Source of the DNA: a virus
Taxonomy: Duplodnaviria > Caudoviricetes
Virus record (IMG/VR): IMGVR_UViG_3300030419_005747
Location: 1 to 35,306 of that record
DNA length: 35,306 nucleotides
Direction: 5' to 3' (one strand)
The notes under the pieces were generated by a model. That model was not told the DNA's origin and did not search any database. It worked only from the letters and a program-made list of their open reading frames with translations. Both the position numbers and the translations under genes were made by a program. The first letter of the stretch is position 1; every line of letters begins with the position of its first letter. This document shows, one piece after another, positions 23,649 to 32,405 of the stretch.

Positions 23649-25540
23649 TATCTTCTCCCGTCTGGTCGAGTGTTGAGTCGCATGGCCCCGAGCCGCCAGC
23701 CCACGCCAAGCCTTACACCGGTTGACGCGTCATCGTCTGATTCTAAGCGAACCACGGCTTGTCGTGCTCGTCCTCTTAAATCAACCTTAGTCGTGCTCGC
23801 CGTTACTTGGTTGGTGCTCTTAGTGGTTAGTGTTTCGTTAGGAAAGTTTCTTGTTTTTAACACAAAATTCACCGCTTGATCTGAGCCTCCGTCCCCTAAA
23901 AACCGAACATCGGGTATGGCGTTTTGTATTTGGGTATAGCTATTGCCTATGGCATCCAGCGCAAAATCAGCCGATTCAATATAAACATTGTCCATGGGGG
24001 AGCCGTCCGCATCGTTTCCGGTTTCGTGTTTATAGACATAATTGTTTGTGTCTACTCCGGTTGCTCTCGGATAAGGCTGTACCCCTTCATCCAACCACGC
24101 ATAACGGACAAGCTCTCCATAATACCAAACCTGTTCTTGGTAGTTATAGACCACATAGCGATCTATTTCATCGGAGCTTCCCGAAGGATAAAACCATCCG
24201 ACCTCGTTGAACTGTCTGTTTAAATAGCCAAACGTTTTGAAAGACTGGTTTTGGTTAAAGTCATTAAACACATAGCTGTGCACACTACAAGGAAGTCTTT
24301 CGACCGTTCCGCTATATCTGTAAAAGCCCGAACGATCCATCCAAAAAACACCCGGAGGCGCGTTGACCGCAGCTTTAGGCGAAATCATGCCAACCCCTTG
24401 ATTAATTAGATTAACTCCAAAAGTGTAAGGAGGACCAATAAACTGCATACTGTAAAGTGCATCATCTGTCCAAATCAGTATTTCTTGCCGTGAGCGAAGA
24501 CCGCCGACAATTTGAGTTCCCGCCGAGAGCCTTAGTGAGCCGGCGGTGTTTGTAAGCTTAGGTTCCCACTGAGTAATATCTTCTTGGTCACACCAACAAA
24601 TAAACATGGGGTCAATAACACTTGTTCTAGCTGTTCCACCAGCATTTAAAGGGTCTGCGCCCAAACAAATAACGTGTCGGTCAATATCACTTACCAAGGT
24701 TTGCAGTGCCAGTGTTGGCGGCAAGTTGGCGCCGATAGACGAATCACTTAGGCTCTTGGCCCTGACGCTCGTTCCGTTGTCCTCGGTCCAATAAAAAATG
24801 TCCCCTGCTCTTGGATTCATAATAAGGTCTTCTCCAAAATTATCGTGTGTCCATAACCTTAACTGGTTGTTAAACGCCAGTGCGGAAGCCGAACCAAAAG
24901 TTCCGTCGCCCCATGTACTAGCGCCATAACCTGAACCAGACACATAATCATCGAGGCCGACATTAATCTGATAGGCCCCAACCACACTTGACCCACCATT
25001 ACCGCTGTCACTGCTGTTAGCTGTTACGGTGTCCCCGTCAGTGTCTTTGGCTTCAATGGTGTAGCTGTTAGCATTAACAATGGTTGCGATCTGATATTCT
25101 TGGTTTAAAACATTAGCAATAATATTGCCGCCCAAACTAGCGGCACCGCTAAAGGTGACAAAATCATTTTGGCTTGCGCCATGGGCCGTGTCCGCTACGG
25201 TGATCGTAGCGTCCCCGTTGCTCGCTGAAAACGTTACGTCCCCCGCCGAAGTCGTGGCTCTTATAGGCGTTATATCGTAGAAACTGGTTCCGTCTTTGAC
25301 GTAATACTTTAAAGTGGTTCCAAGCCCCAGATATTTGGTGCCGCCTAAAGACACCCAAGCATGGAGAGCACGTCCCGTTCCCAAATAAGTATCGGTTTGC
25401 TCTTTAGCCCAGCCACCTATTTTTTGAGGAAACCCTTTTTTAAACCGTACAAGATTACTGTCAAACCAGCCTCCCTGAGCGGAAAAGGCGGTTCCTTCTC
25501 GGTTTATTCCTGGGACCATTTCAAACTTAGCGTAAGGCAT
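23648..25540 (-). CDS. tail tubular B / DNA stabilisation protein (P22 gp10-like beta-propeller)
   Basis: PGINRE...GGW.D.NLVRF...P.KIGGW start, beta-rich repeats, WRLG..R...PDGRR end; podovirus gene position. Confidence 0.8.
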   Translation of the reverse strand: MPYAKFEMVPGINREGTAFSAQGGWFDSNLVRFKKGFPQKIGGWAKEQTDTYLGTGRALHAWVSLGGTKYLGLGTTLKYYVKDGTSFYDITPIRATTSAGDVTFSASNGDATITVADTAHGASQNDFVTFSGAASLGGNIIANVLNQEYQIATIVNANSYTIEAKDTDGDTVTANSSDSGNGGSSVVGAYQINVGLDDYVSGSGYGASTWGDGTFGSASALAFNNQLRLWTHDNFGEDLIMNPRAGDIFYWTEDNGTSVRAKSLSDSSIGANLPPTLALQTLVSDIDRHVICLGADPLNAGGTARTSVIDPMFICWCDQEDITQWEPKLTNTAGSLRLSAGTQIVGGLRSRQEILIWTDDALYSMQFIGPPYTFGVNLINQGVGMISPKAAVNAPPGVFWMDRSGFYRYSGTVERLPCSVHSYVFNDFNQNQSFKTFGYLNRQFNEVGWFYPSGSSDEIDRYVVYNYQEQVWYYGELVRYAWLDEGVQPYPRATGVDTNNYVYKHETGNDADGSPMDNVYIESADFALDAIGNSYTQIQNAIPDVRFLGDGGSDQAVNFVLKTRNFPNETLTTKSTNQVTASTTKVDLRGRARQAVVRLESDDDASTGVRLGVGWRLGAMRLNTRPDGRR

Positions 25541-25929
25541 TATTCTTTTTCCTCTTCTTCGTCCATTTCCTTATAATAGCCGACAATGTGCAGAACTTGT
25601 TCTAAATATCGGGTAATTTCACCCATCGTCATAGATAGATTCTCATACCCTTGACTGGTTAATCCATAATAAGCAACTCTAGGTTCTTCCCCCGCTTCTA
25701 TTGCGTCTAAATATTCTTGCATCACATCGGGGCTCAATATCCTCCACTCAATTGGAGCAGAATTAATTGCTTCGGGCAAGGGTGGATGATAAATAGGGGG
25801 TCGTTCAACCACACTAACCACTTCCACAGGCTTCACCTCTGGCTGCATTGCTGCCCTGTCTCCTAAAAGAGAAAAATTGGTGCAACCATTAATTAATAGT
25901 AGCGGTATTATCAGTAGTTTCTTCATCAA
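25540..25929 (-). CDS. o-spanin (Rz1-like outer-membrane lipoprotein)
   Basis: Signal peptide with lipobox LINGC, Pro-rich stretch, overlaps the i-spanin gene end by 41 nt. Confidence 0.75.
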   Translation of the reverse strand: MMKKLLIIPLLLINGCTNFSLLGDRAAMQPEVKPVEVVSVVERPPIYHPPLPEAINSAPIEWRILSPDVMQEYLDAIEAGEEPRVAYYGLTSQGYENLSMTMGEITRYLEQVLHIVGYYKEMDEEEEKE

Positions 25930-26323
25930 ACTGCTCTGGATTAGTTATTGCATTTAAATTTTCTATTACCCGCGCTGAAGCCTTGTTCACCTTGCCTTCT
26001 AAAACCCCTGGTTCAGTGAGCGCCATGCCCTCTAAATTAAAGTTAGCGAACTTGTTTCTCAGTTTAGCTACTTGAGCCATGCTCTCGTTGTATTGAGTAT
26101 TAAGGCTCTGTATTTGTTGGGCCGTCTTTTTGGCCTGTTCCAACGCTTTTTTAATCTGCTCGTTTTGTTGTTGGATGGTGTTCTCCAATACTTGTTGATT
26201 ATTAAGAGCCGTTTGTAGCTCTACCTCAAGTTTTTCCATCTGCGCTGCGGTTATTAAATAATAGCCCATAAAAGCAGAACCTAGCGCTAATAATAGAACG
26301 CCCAAAAAAAGAGCTAGTTTCAC
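25889..26323 (-). CDS. i-spanin (Rz-like)
   Basis: Single N-terminal TM helix followed by a long coiled coil; adjacent to the lipoprotein gene. Confidence 0.75.
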   Translation of the reverse strand: MKLALFLGVLLLALGSAFMGYYLITAAQMEKLEVELQTALNNQQVLENTIQQQNEQIKKALEQAKKTAQQIQSLNTQYNESMAQVAKLRNKFANFNLEGMALTEPGVLEGKVNKASARVIENLNAITNPEQFDEETTDNTATIN

Positions 26324-26712
26324 TCTTTATCGCCTTTAAAGCTCTTAGAAGACCCAGACGTTCCTGCATAGAGCCCAAACCAAGCTGCTCCCGCACCTAC
26401 AATAATAGATATAAGTCCAGACTGTTCAAAGGTTGGGTTCTCCAAGTCCATAAACCACATTACGGTGTAGTAAAGTAAAAAGATGTAAACCGTTAAAAAG
26501 GCTCTTGGAAAAATACGCCAGGAGTCCACAGCTTGCGCTAAAAAGATCCATCTCTGATGGGGGTTATTGTTCTTTGTGTCTTCTAAATCTCTTATTTTAT
26601 CTTTTAAAGCACCAATCTCTTCGACCATCGCCATGAATTTATTAAGATCCATTTCGACTTCGTTTCTATCCATGTCGCCTGCAAATCTGCCGCTTGGGTA
26701 TCCGTCATTCAT
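26320..26712 (-). CDS. putative holin (2 TM)
   Basis: DSWRIFPRAF...WFMDL.NPT.EQSGLISIIVGAGAAWFGLY; two TM helices; immediately upstream of the spanins. Confidence 0.65.
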   Translation of the reverse strand: MNDGYPSGRFAGDMDRNEVEMDLNKFMAMVEEIGALKDKIRDLEDTKNNNPHQRWIFLAQAVDSWRIFPRAFLTVYIFLLYYTVMWFMDLENPTFEQSGLISIIVGAGAAWFGLYAGTSGSSKSFKGDKE

Positions 26713-26720
26713 TTTTCACC

Positions 26721-27089
26721 TCAGTTCGCTAAAGGGTTTTCGTTTTTATTCTCAAGCCTGTTGACTTGATTTTCTATTGACTCTATTTTTGTCCCGGCTG
26801 TTGCTATATCTACATCAAGAACTTTAATCATGTTTTCGTTTTCTTGCACCGCGGGTAGTATGCTGTCGTCAATTGTTTTATTAATATAATTGACAGAAGT
26901 TTCTATGCCACTAAACCGCTCTTCAATTTCTTGTTGCGCGTCCTCTGTGCCCTCAATACGACCTACCTTTTTCTCTAGGTTCTCTATTCTGTTAATGTAT
27001 GTAGCGCCCTGGTACCCGAAGCCAGCCAATGTGCTGACAATACCTGCCAAGGCAATTAATTGTGTTGTTTTTGATTGAAACCAGTCCAT
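26721..27089 (-). CDS. membrane-anchored coiled-coil protein (122 aa, ends NPLAN)
   Basis: GGAGG RBS before ATG 27089; N-terminal TM helix then coiled coil. Confidence 0.75.
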   Translation of the reverse strand: MDWFQSKTTQLIALAGIVSTLAGFGYQGATYINRIENLEKKVGRIEGTEDAQQEIEERFSGIETSVNYINKTIDDSILPAVQENENMIKVLDVDIATAGTKIESIENQVNRLENKNENPLAN

Positions 27090-27097
27090 GTTTCCTC

Positions 27098-27232
27098 CTA
27101 ATAATATTTTGTTACTTTTCTTCTGTCGTTCATTACCGCACCACAACCCTTTGCAATGCCCGATTTTATTGGGCTTTTAGCCTTTCCTCCACGGGGCGTT
27201 TTCTTTCCCGATTTAACTGACTTTACTTTCAT
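27098..27232 (-). CDS. small basic peptide (44 aa)
   Basis: Not in the ORF track. MKVKSVKSGKKTPRGGKAKSPIKSGIAKGCGAVMNDRRKVTKYY; ATGA coupling to the upstream stop; fills the gap almost exactly. Confidence 0.7.
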   Translation of the reverse strand: MKVKSVKSGKKTPRGGKAKSPIKSGIAKGCGAVMNDRRKVTKYY

Positions 27233-29565
27233 AGCTTAGGCTGCATATCCATTAAATTTTTCATTCCAGTTAAACTTTCGCCATATAAACCAACAAATGC
27301 CGAAGTATTATCCGGTATGGATACATTACCATAAATTGCTTTTGGTTCATACCACTCGGACGCGTCCGCTAGAGTTACTTGCCTGTACGCACTAAAGCCA
27401 GGTACATAGCCCATATAGGCAACAAGTTGGCTGGAATCACCGTATTCCCCTGTTTCCTGCTGCTCTTGCTCTAGCTCTTCTTGTTGGTTCTGTATGTTTT
27501 GGGCCACAATTTGATCGGCAATCTGGTCTGCTTCACTTGCTGTCATGCCTCCTGAGACCGCCGTATCAATTTGACCCTGCATGTCTTGTACTTGTGCATC
27601 GGTGCCTGTTGTTTGTGCGCCCCCTACCGTTGGCATAAGGTCTACGGAAACAGAAGCATCGGCAGTAGAGGTCATGGTGTCCGTGGTCCCCGGTCCTTGG
27701 TCCGTGGTTGTTGTTTCTGTGTCCATGGTCCCCGAACCACTGAACGAGGAGCTCCCTGCATCAGCAGCGCTCATAGACAAAATTTGTTGTGTTTGCGCAG
27801 CCGAACTCGCAACCTGAGCAGAAATACTTGGTGAGTTATTTGTGCTTATAGAGCCACCGGATACCGAAGACACTACAGCGGTAGCTTGGGAACTAGAAAC
27901 GCTCGTAGAGCCGCCATAAGAGCCCCCAGACGAGGCTGAGGTTCCCGTTGCCTGTGCAGAAGTCCCAGAAGTGGTACCGCTTACACTGTTTGTCGCTGCC
28001 CTAATGGTATTAGCAACAACATTTAATTGTTCGGCTTTTTTGTTGTCCTTCTTGGTTTCATTCTCTGCGACAGCAATTTCGACAGCTTCTTCTCTGTCCT
28101 CGCTCTCTTCTTCAACTGCCTCCGTATCCTCCAATTCTCCATCTTCATCCTCAGATAAAGCAGCAATATTTTCAGCTTCCTCTTGCTCAACCCATTCCTC
28201 CAATTCTTCTATGGTTTCAAACTCTAAAAATTCAACGGCTTCCTCTTCAAAAAACTCTTCTATAAGCTCTTCGTGTTCAAAGTGGTCCAATAAAACGGTG
28301 TCTATTTCTGGAAGATCGTAGTCCACGAACAAAAGGTCTTCCTCATAAAACTCTTCAAAAATAAACACCTCTTCAACGTAGTCGAAGACAAGAGCCTCCT
28401 CTTCAAGGAAAGCCTCCAATTCTTCCACAAACACTGGTTCTTCAAAAAATGGCTCGAAATACTCCTCCTCAAAAAAAGGCTCGAAATACTCCTCTTCTTC
28501 AAAATAAGTCTCTATTTCCCATGGCTCATCAAGAAAACTATCCACTCCTTCATAGTAGTAATCCTCTTGGAAAAACTCGTCTTCATAGTACGAACCGTCT
28601 GCAAAATAAGTGCTTTCATCTTCATAACCATATTGGTCATAGTCGTCTTCATATCCATACATGTCCTCGTATGCGTTGTAAATTTCATACTCTACCACAT
28701 ACCCTGGACACGCGGGGGAGTGTTGTGAGTCCAAAGTACATTCATAATCAAATAAGTCGTCCCAATAATTAGGGCACTGAGTAGAATACAGTCCATCTAA
28801 ATCACATTGCTGTGTCAAGTACGCAGCAGCATATCCGGCACAAGCAGTGTTGTTTAAAGGGTTGCTACAATCAAGAGCGTTCCCAGAGCCTAGGCCATAT
28901 AAAGAACCGCCGTTTTCCAATAAAGTGTTTGCTGCCGTGGCGTTCCAATTGGTGTTGACACAAGTGCCTGCTACATTCGTTGTGCCAGTGCTACATTCGT
29001 CATGGAACAAGTAAGTGTATAGTTCGTCCGCTGCACCTTGTTCTCCAATTAATACATCGTGGTTAATAATATTAAGAGCGCCATAACGATACTCAAAGCT
29101 GTCATCTGCTTTCCACAACACAACTTCAAAACTATTATCTGTGTTGCTTCTGTTATATTCTCGTAAGTTATACCACCCAAAAACTGTTTTATCGGTAAAA
29201 TTCTTAGCTAAAACCTTTGATCCATTATCTCTTATTAAGTCAGTCCAGAAAGGATAGAGGGTATATGTAATTTCAGGTAAAGGATCAGGTGTGTAGTCAT
29301 TACAATAGCCTCCTGACGACCCAAAATGTAGGCACCCATTAGTAGCCATTCGTGCAGTAGTAAAATCCTCGCCATAAAAAGTAAACGTAAAATCTAGTGT
29401 AAAGGCTGAAGATACTTGGTCATCACCAACAGCCATATTAGTAGTGTTTTGCTCATTGACTAGATTAAAAAGGCTTTGATCTGCCTCGTATACATAAATT
29501 GCATTAAGTGTAGAAGCAAATAAAAGAGCCGATAAGCTAGCTGCCTTTATTAAACTCTTTAACAC
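27229..29565 (-). CDS. secreted multidomain protein (778 aa): nidogen(NIDO)-like beta domain, Cys repeats, acidic-aromatic tract, Ser/Thr-rich linker
   Basis: Signal peptide MLKSLIKAASLSALLFASTLNA; GDD...FTFTFYG...TNG...PFWTDL...FEVVL resembles NIDO-like domains; three Cx8-9CxxY repeats; E/D/F/Y-rich tract. Confidence 0.75.
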   Translation of the reverse strand: MLKSLIKAASLSALLFASTLNAIYVYEADQSLFNLVNEQNTTNMAVGDDQVSSAFTLDFTFTFYGEDFTTARMATNGCLHFGSSGGYCNDYTPDPLPEITYTLYPFWTDLIRDNGSKVLAKNFTDKTVFGWYNLREYNRSNTDNSFEVVLWKADDSFEYRYGALNIINHDVLIGEQGAADELYTYLFHDECSTGTTNVAGTCVNTNWNATAANTLLENGGSLYGLGSGNALDCSNPLNNTACAGYAAAYLTQQCDLDGLYSTQCPNYWDDLFDYECTLDSQHSPACPGYVVEYEIYNAYEDMYGYEDDYDQYGYEDESTYFADGSYYEDEFFQEDYYYEGVDSFLDEPWEIETYFEEEEYFEPFFEEEYFEPFFEEPVFVEELEAFLEEEALVFDYVEEVFIFEEFYEEDLLFVDYDLPEIDTVLLDHFEHEELIEEFFEEEAVEFLEFETIEELEEWVEQEEAENIAALSEDEDGELEDTEAVEEESEDREEAVEIAVAENETKKDNKKAEQLNVVANTIRAATNSVSGTTSGTSAQATGTSASSGGSYGGSTSVSSSQATAVVSSVSGGSISTNNSPSISAQVASSAAQTQQILSMSAADAGSSSFSGSGTMDTETTTTDQGPGTTDTMTSTADASVSVDLMPTVGGAQTTGTDAQVQDMQGQIDTAVSGGMTASEADQIADQIVAQNIQNQQEELEQEQQETGEYGDSSQLVAYMGYVPGFSAYRQVTLADASEWYEPKAIYGNVSIPDNTSAFVGLYGESLTGMKNLMDMQPKL
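28442..28495. repeat. 27-bp tandem duplication (EEEYFEPFF x2)
   Basis: Two units identical at 25 of 27 positions. Confidence 0.85.
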
Positions 29566-30712
29566 AAGTGCCTCTAGTTTTTCTAAGCCCCTCTTCGTTC
29601 AATGTACCTCTACATTTACTTACATAACTATCTTTAGCTTCTTTATAGTCCGGTCGGTCTTTAGGGTTAGCTGCCCAGGCTACCTTTGCCTCGTCGCCTA
29701 TCTTTCCAAAATAAGGACAAGGAGTGCCTGCCATCATCATAGATTTAAAAACTCGTGGGTCTAAGCACAGTACAGACACCGCCGCTACCTTCATTCCAGT
29801 GTCATAAAGATACTTAGAAAGCTTTAGCCTTTCACAGTTTTCGTCTCTAACTGTTCTACCCGCAGAGAGTCCAAAGACCTGTCCTTGAAAGGCTCCAGAT
29901 CGACCAACCGTACACAGATCCTGGCTGTAGCTCATAATGCTGGGCGCAATGGCTGAAGCAGGAGGCGCCTCGGTCTTAATGTTCTGATTAATGGTTTGTT
30001 CGCTCTTCGACTCATTAATATTTCTGTTTGTGTTGTCAGAGGTGTTTCTGTTCTCGTTCACGTTTTTATTGTTTGTGGTCACATTCGATTCAGAAGTCGA
30101 CTGATTTACATTCGTGTTTTTGTTCTCACTGGTCGAAGTATTTACATTCGTGTTGGTGTTGCTATTGGTACTTGTACTTGTACTGGTGTTGTTATTGTTG
30201 TTTGTGTTGGTACTTGTACTGGTGTTGTTATTGTTTGTTGAAACACTCGATGTTGATGTCGATGTGTTGGTGTTCACATTGTTATTGGTGTTCGTCGCTG
30301 TTGACGTCGAGGTGTTGGTGTTTGTATTAGTATTAGTATTCGTATTCGTACCAGTTGATGTGCTTGTGTTTACGTTTGTATTGCTATTGGTGTTTGTCGC
30401 AGTCGACGTACTGGTGTTGTTATTGGTATTGGTGTTCGTATTCGTATTCGTATTGGTGTTCGTCCCAGTCGACGTCGTGGTTGTCGTATTGGTGTTAGTG
30501 TTAGTGTTTGTATTAGTGTTAGTGTTAGTGTTAGTGTTCGTATTGGTGTTCGTATTGGTGTTGGTAGTCGTCGTGGTTGACGTGGTTTCTAAAGAGTTTT
30601 GCTCACAGTATTGGGACCCTGCTGTGCAGTCGCCGGTTTGATCCGCGCTAACATTCGTTGCTACAAGCAACAAACCTAGCCAAATCGCTCCAAAAATGCC
30701 CCATTTTTTCAC
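29537..30712 (-). CDS. secreted Thr/Asn-repeat protein with Cys-rich conserved C-terminal domain (391 aa)
   Basis: Signal peptide ending VSA; ~190-aa (TN)n/(ST)n region; C-terminal PPASAIAP...DLC...DENCERLKL...VLC...GTPCP. Confidence 0.8.
   Translation of the reverse strand: MKKWGIFGAIWLGLLLVATNVSADQTGDCTAGSQYCEQNSLETTSTTTTTNTNTNTNTNTNTNTNTNTNTNTNTNTTTTTSTGTNTNTNTNTNTNTNNNTSTSTATNTNSNTNVNTSTSTGTNTNTNTNTNTNTSTSTATNTNNNVNTNTSTSTSSVSTNNNNTSTSTNTNNNNNTSTSTSTNSNTNTNVNTSTSENKNTNVNQSTSESNVTTNNKNVNENRNTSDNTNRNINESKSEQTINQNIKTEAPPASAIAPSIMSYSQDLCTVGRSGAFQGQVFGLSAGRTVRDENCERLKLSKYLYDTGMKVAAVSVLCLDPRVFKSMMMAGTPCPYFGKIGDEAKVAWAANPKDRPDYKEAKDSYVSKCRGTLNEEGLRKTRGTCVKEFNKGS
30100..30585. repeat. coding low-complexity hexamer repeat (ACN AAY, Thr-Asn)
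   Basis: Runs such as gtgtta/gtattc/gtattg with synonymous variation. Confidence 0.9.
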
Positions 30713-30723
30713 TGTTTACTCCT

Positions 30724-31164
30724 TTATCCCGATAAAATTTTATCCCTCAATCTATTTGCACGGCCCTTAACCTGCACAGCCCAACGCGAGTCCATCATCT
30801 CTATAGCGGCTGTTTCGTAGTCTTTCTTCTCTAGCGCTGCTAAAAACTTCTTAAATTTCAACAGCCTAGTAAGACCAAGGTTAAATCCCATGTTTACTAG
30901 GACTCTTTGACGAACGTCATCAAGTTCACGCCACCAGGGAAGTGCCCTGTCTAAGTCGGCGCAAATGATGTCGATGTCTTTGTTTAGACATTCTAGCACC
31001 CTTTCTTCGGGTATAGAAGATCCAATAGGCAGACCACATTCAGGGTCTGAGTCTAGGACCAAATGACCTACTCCAAAAGTAGGGTTTCCCAAATGGTCGT
31101 TGTATATTTCGGTCTTGTATCCTTCGTCTCTAATAAGCTCTTTAATTAGTTCTCGTCTGTCCAT
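30724..31164 (-). CDS. endolysin, GH24 (T4-like) lysozyme
   Basis: DEGYKTEIYNDHLGNPTFGVGH (catalytic E-D-T), VNMGFNLG, MMDSRWAVQVKGRA. Confidence 0.92.
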   Translation of the reverse strand: MDRRELIKELIRDEGYKTEIYNDHLGNPTFGVGHLVLDSDPECGLPIGSSIPEERVLECLNKDIDIICADLDRALPWWRELDDVRQRVLVNMGFNLGLTRLLKFKKFLAALEKKDYETAAIEMMDSRWAVQVKGRANRLRDKILSG

Positions 31165-31171
31165 GGAGTCA

Positions 31172-31303
31172 TTAGAGCCATCCAAAAGAAGCAAAAGTGT
31201 CCCAAAGAACATAAGCGAAGCAAATCCAAAAGCCTTTTTTGTAAAAGTCATATTGGTTGTACAATTCTAGGGAAATCCTACCTTTTTGATATAGCTCCTC
31301 CAT
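31172..31303 (-). CDS. small membrane protein (43 aa)
   Basis: Not in the ORF track. MEELYQKGRISLELYNQYDFYKKGFWICFAYVLWDTFASFGWL; AAGGGGG RBS; fills the gap. Confidence 0.6.
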   Translation of the reverse strand: MEELYQKGRISLELYNQYDFYKKGFWICFAYVLWDTFASFGWL

Positions 31304-31310
31304 GGCCCCC

Positions 31311-31487
31311 TTATTTCTCGCCGGGCTTTTGTTTAGCTTTCCACACGTTTAAGGCCATCATGTCGATCAGTTTGTATAGTTTACCGATCCAAACATCATC
31401 CTTGGGAGTGGGAGTCACGGCAGCGATAATGCTGCTCACACTAATTATTGCCATTATTAAAGCGATCATATTTGCAAAAGTTTGCAT
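31311..31487 (-). CDS. putative holin-like protein (58 aa, TPTPKDD family)
   Basis: Not in the ORF track. MQTFANMIALIMAIISVSSIIAAVTPTPKDDVWIGKLYKLIDMMALNVWKAKQKPGEK; GAGG RBS. Confidence 0.75.
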   Translation of the reverse strand: MQTFANMIALIMAIISVSSIIAAVTPTPKDDVWIGKLYKLIDMMALNVWKAKQKPGEK

Positions 31488-31498
31488 ATTTAATACCT

Positions 31499-31678
31499 CT
31501 ATGTTGTGTAAATGTTAAAAATTATTCCCGCCATACTAAGGACGAGAGTGATTAATGTTATTAAAATAAACTGTTCAAGTCGAGTAACTCTGTGAATAAC
31601 CTCCAGCCAACGCTCCGCACAAACAGCTTCGTGCTTTTCTATTTTGGCGTTCACCTCAGCTATCGACAACCTACTCAT
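31499..31678 (-). CDS. small coiled-coil/C-terminal TM protein (59 aa; HEAVCAER motif, XhlA/holin-like)
   Basis: Not in the ORF track. MSRLSIAEVNAKIEKHEAVCAERWLEVIHRVTRLEQFILITLITLVLSMAGIIFNIYTT; ATGA coupling. Confidence 0.75.
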   Translation of the reverse strand: MSRLSIAEVNAKIEKHEAVCAERWLEVIHRVTRLEQFILITLITLVLSMAGIIFNIYTT

Positions 31679-32403
31679 GCCGCTTTCTCAACCTCCCAAC
31701 AATTCATATTGGAAGCAACTGTTCGTCTTTCGCCTTCGCCTTTAAATGGATAAACCATGTGCGAGAGCCAAGACGGGAAAATATATAACTTACCGACTTC
31801 GGGCTTTACTTCAAAACTTTGTGGCGGTCTAAGCCGTTCCACATTCATTATCTCGTTACGACCATAGTTAAAGCACAAGTAGCCATCACAAACCCCAGAC
31901 GCATTGTATTTACTATACAAGGAATCACCAGCAGTCGGTTGATCGAGTATCTGTTGTGGCACTTTTGTCCAACCCGTTGTCGATAAACCCATTATGGTTT
32001 TCGTGCCATGATCGTGAATTGGGTTGTAATCGCCCTCGTAACTATGTACCGACCATGTTTCATCCACTGCGACCTGTCTGTTCATTTTCAGGGCCTGTCC
32101 CGTGCTTTGCATAAAATGATTAATATAAGTAGCGCCTAGACTGGTTATAAACTTAGAATATTCCCTAACTTTTTCATGCTCTGGATCCATATTCAACTGC
32201 TCCCCCTGGGAGATCTGGCCTACTAGAGTACCTGCTAACGATTCTTTGTCCTCGGATTCTCGTAGTTCGTCCAAGTATTCGTTTAAATCATTAACCATTG
32301 ACTCTGGCATACGGGTTTCCAGGACGAAAACCGCAGGCATCGTCCAGATATTGACATCAATATCTGTCTCCTCGACAGGCTTCGCTTCCTTCTTTTTAGC
32401 CAT
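31675..32403 (-). CDS. putative 2OG-Fe(II) oxygenase
   Basis: W....GDYNPIHDH...YIFPSWLSHMVYPF...ERRTVASN double-stranded beta-helix motifs. Confidence 0.8.
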   Translation of the reverse strand: MAKKKEAKPVEETDIDVNIWTMPAVFVLETRMPESMVNDLNEYLDELRESEDKESLAGTLVGQISQGEQLNMDPEHEKVREYSKFITSLGATYINHFMQSTGQALKMNRQVAVDETWSVHSYEGDYNPIHDHGTKTIMGLSTTGWTKVPQQILDQPTAGDSLYSKYNASGVCDGYLCFNYGRNEIMNVERLRPPQSFEVKPEVGKLYIFPSWLSHMVYPFKGEGERRTVASNMNCWEVEKAA

Positions 32404-32405
32404 TT

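Noticed and set aside
30100-30585. Possible CRISPR array or non-coding satellite
   Set aside because: Hexamer periodicity with synonymous variation inside an ORF; no repeat-spacer structure.
30114-30641. Val/Leu-rich + strand ORFs (also 29996-30241 and 30028-30330)
   Set aside because: Antisense shadows of the Thr-Asn repeat.
31165-31251. Apparent SAR/signal-anchor N-terminal extension on the lysozyme (MTFTKKAFGFASLMFFGTLLLLL)
   Set aside because: No RBS at 31251, and the region is occupied in another frame by a 43-aa ORF (31172-31303) with a good RBS. The hydrophobicity is probably a shadow of that T-rich gene, though this is not fully excluded.
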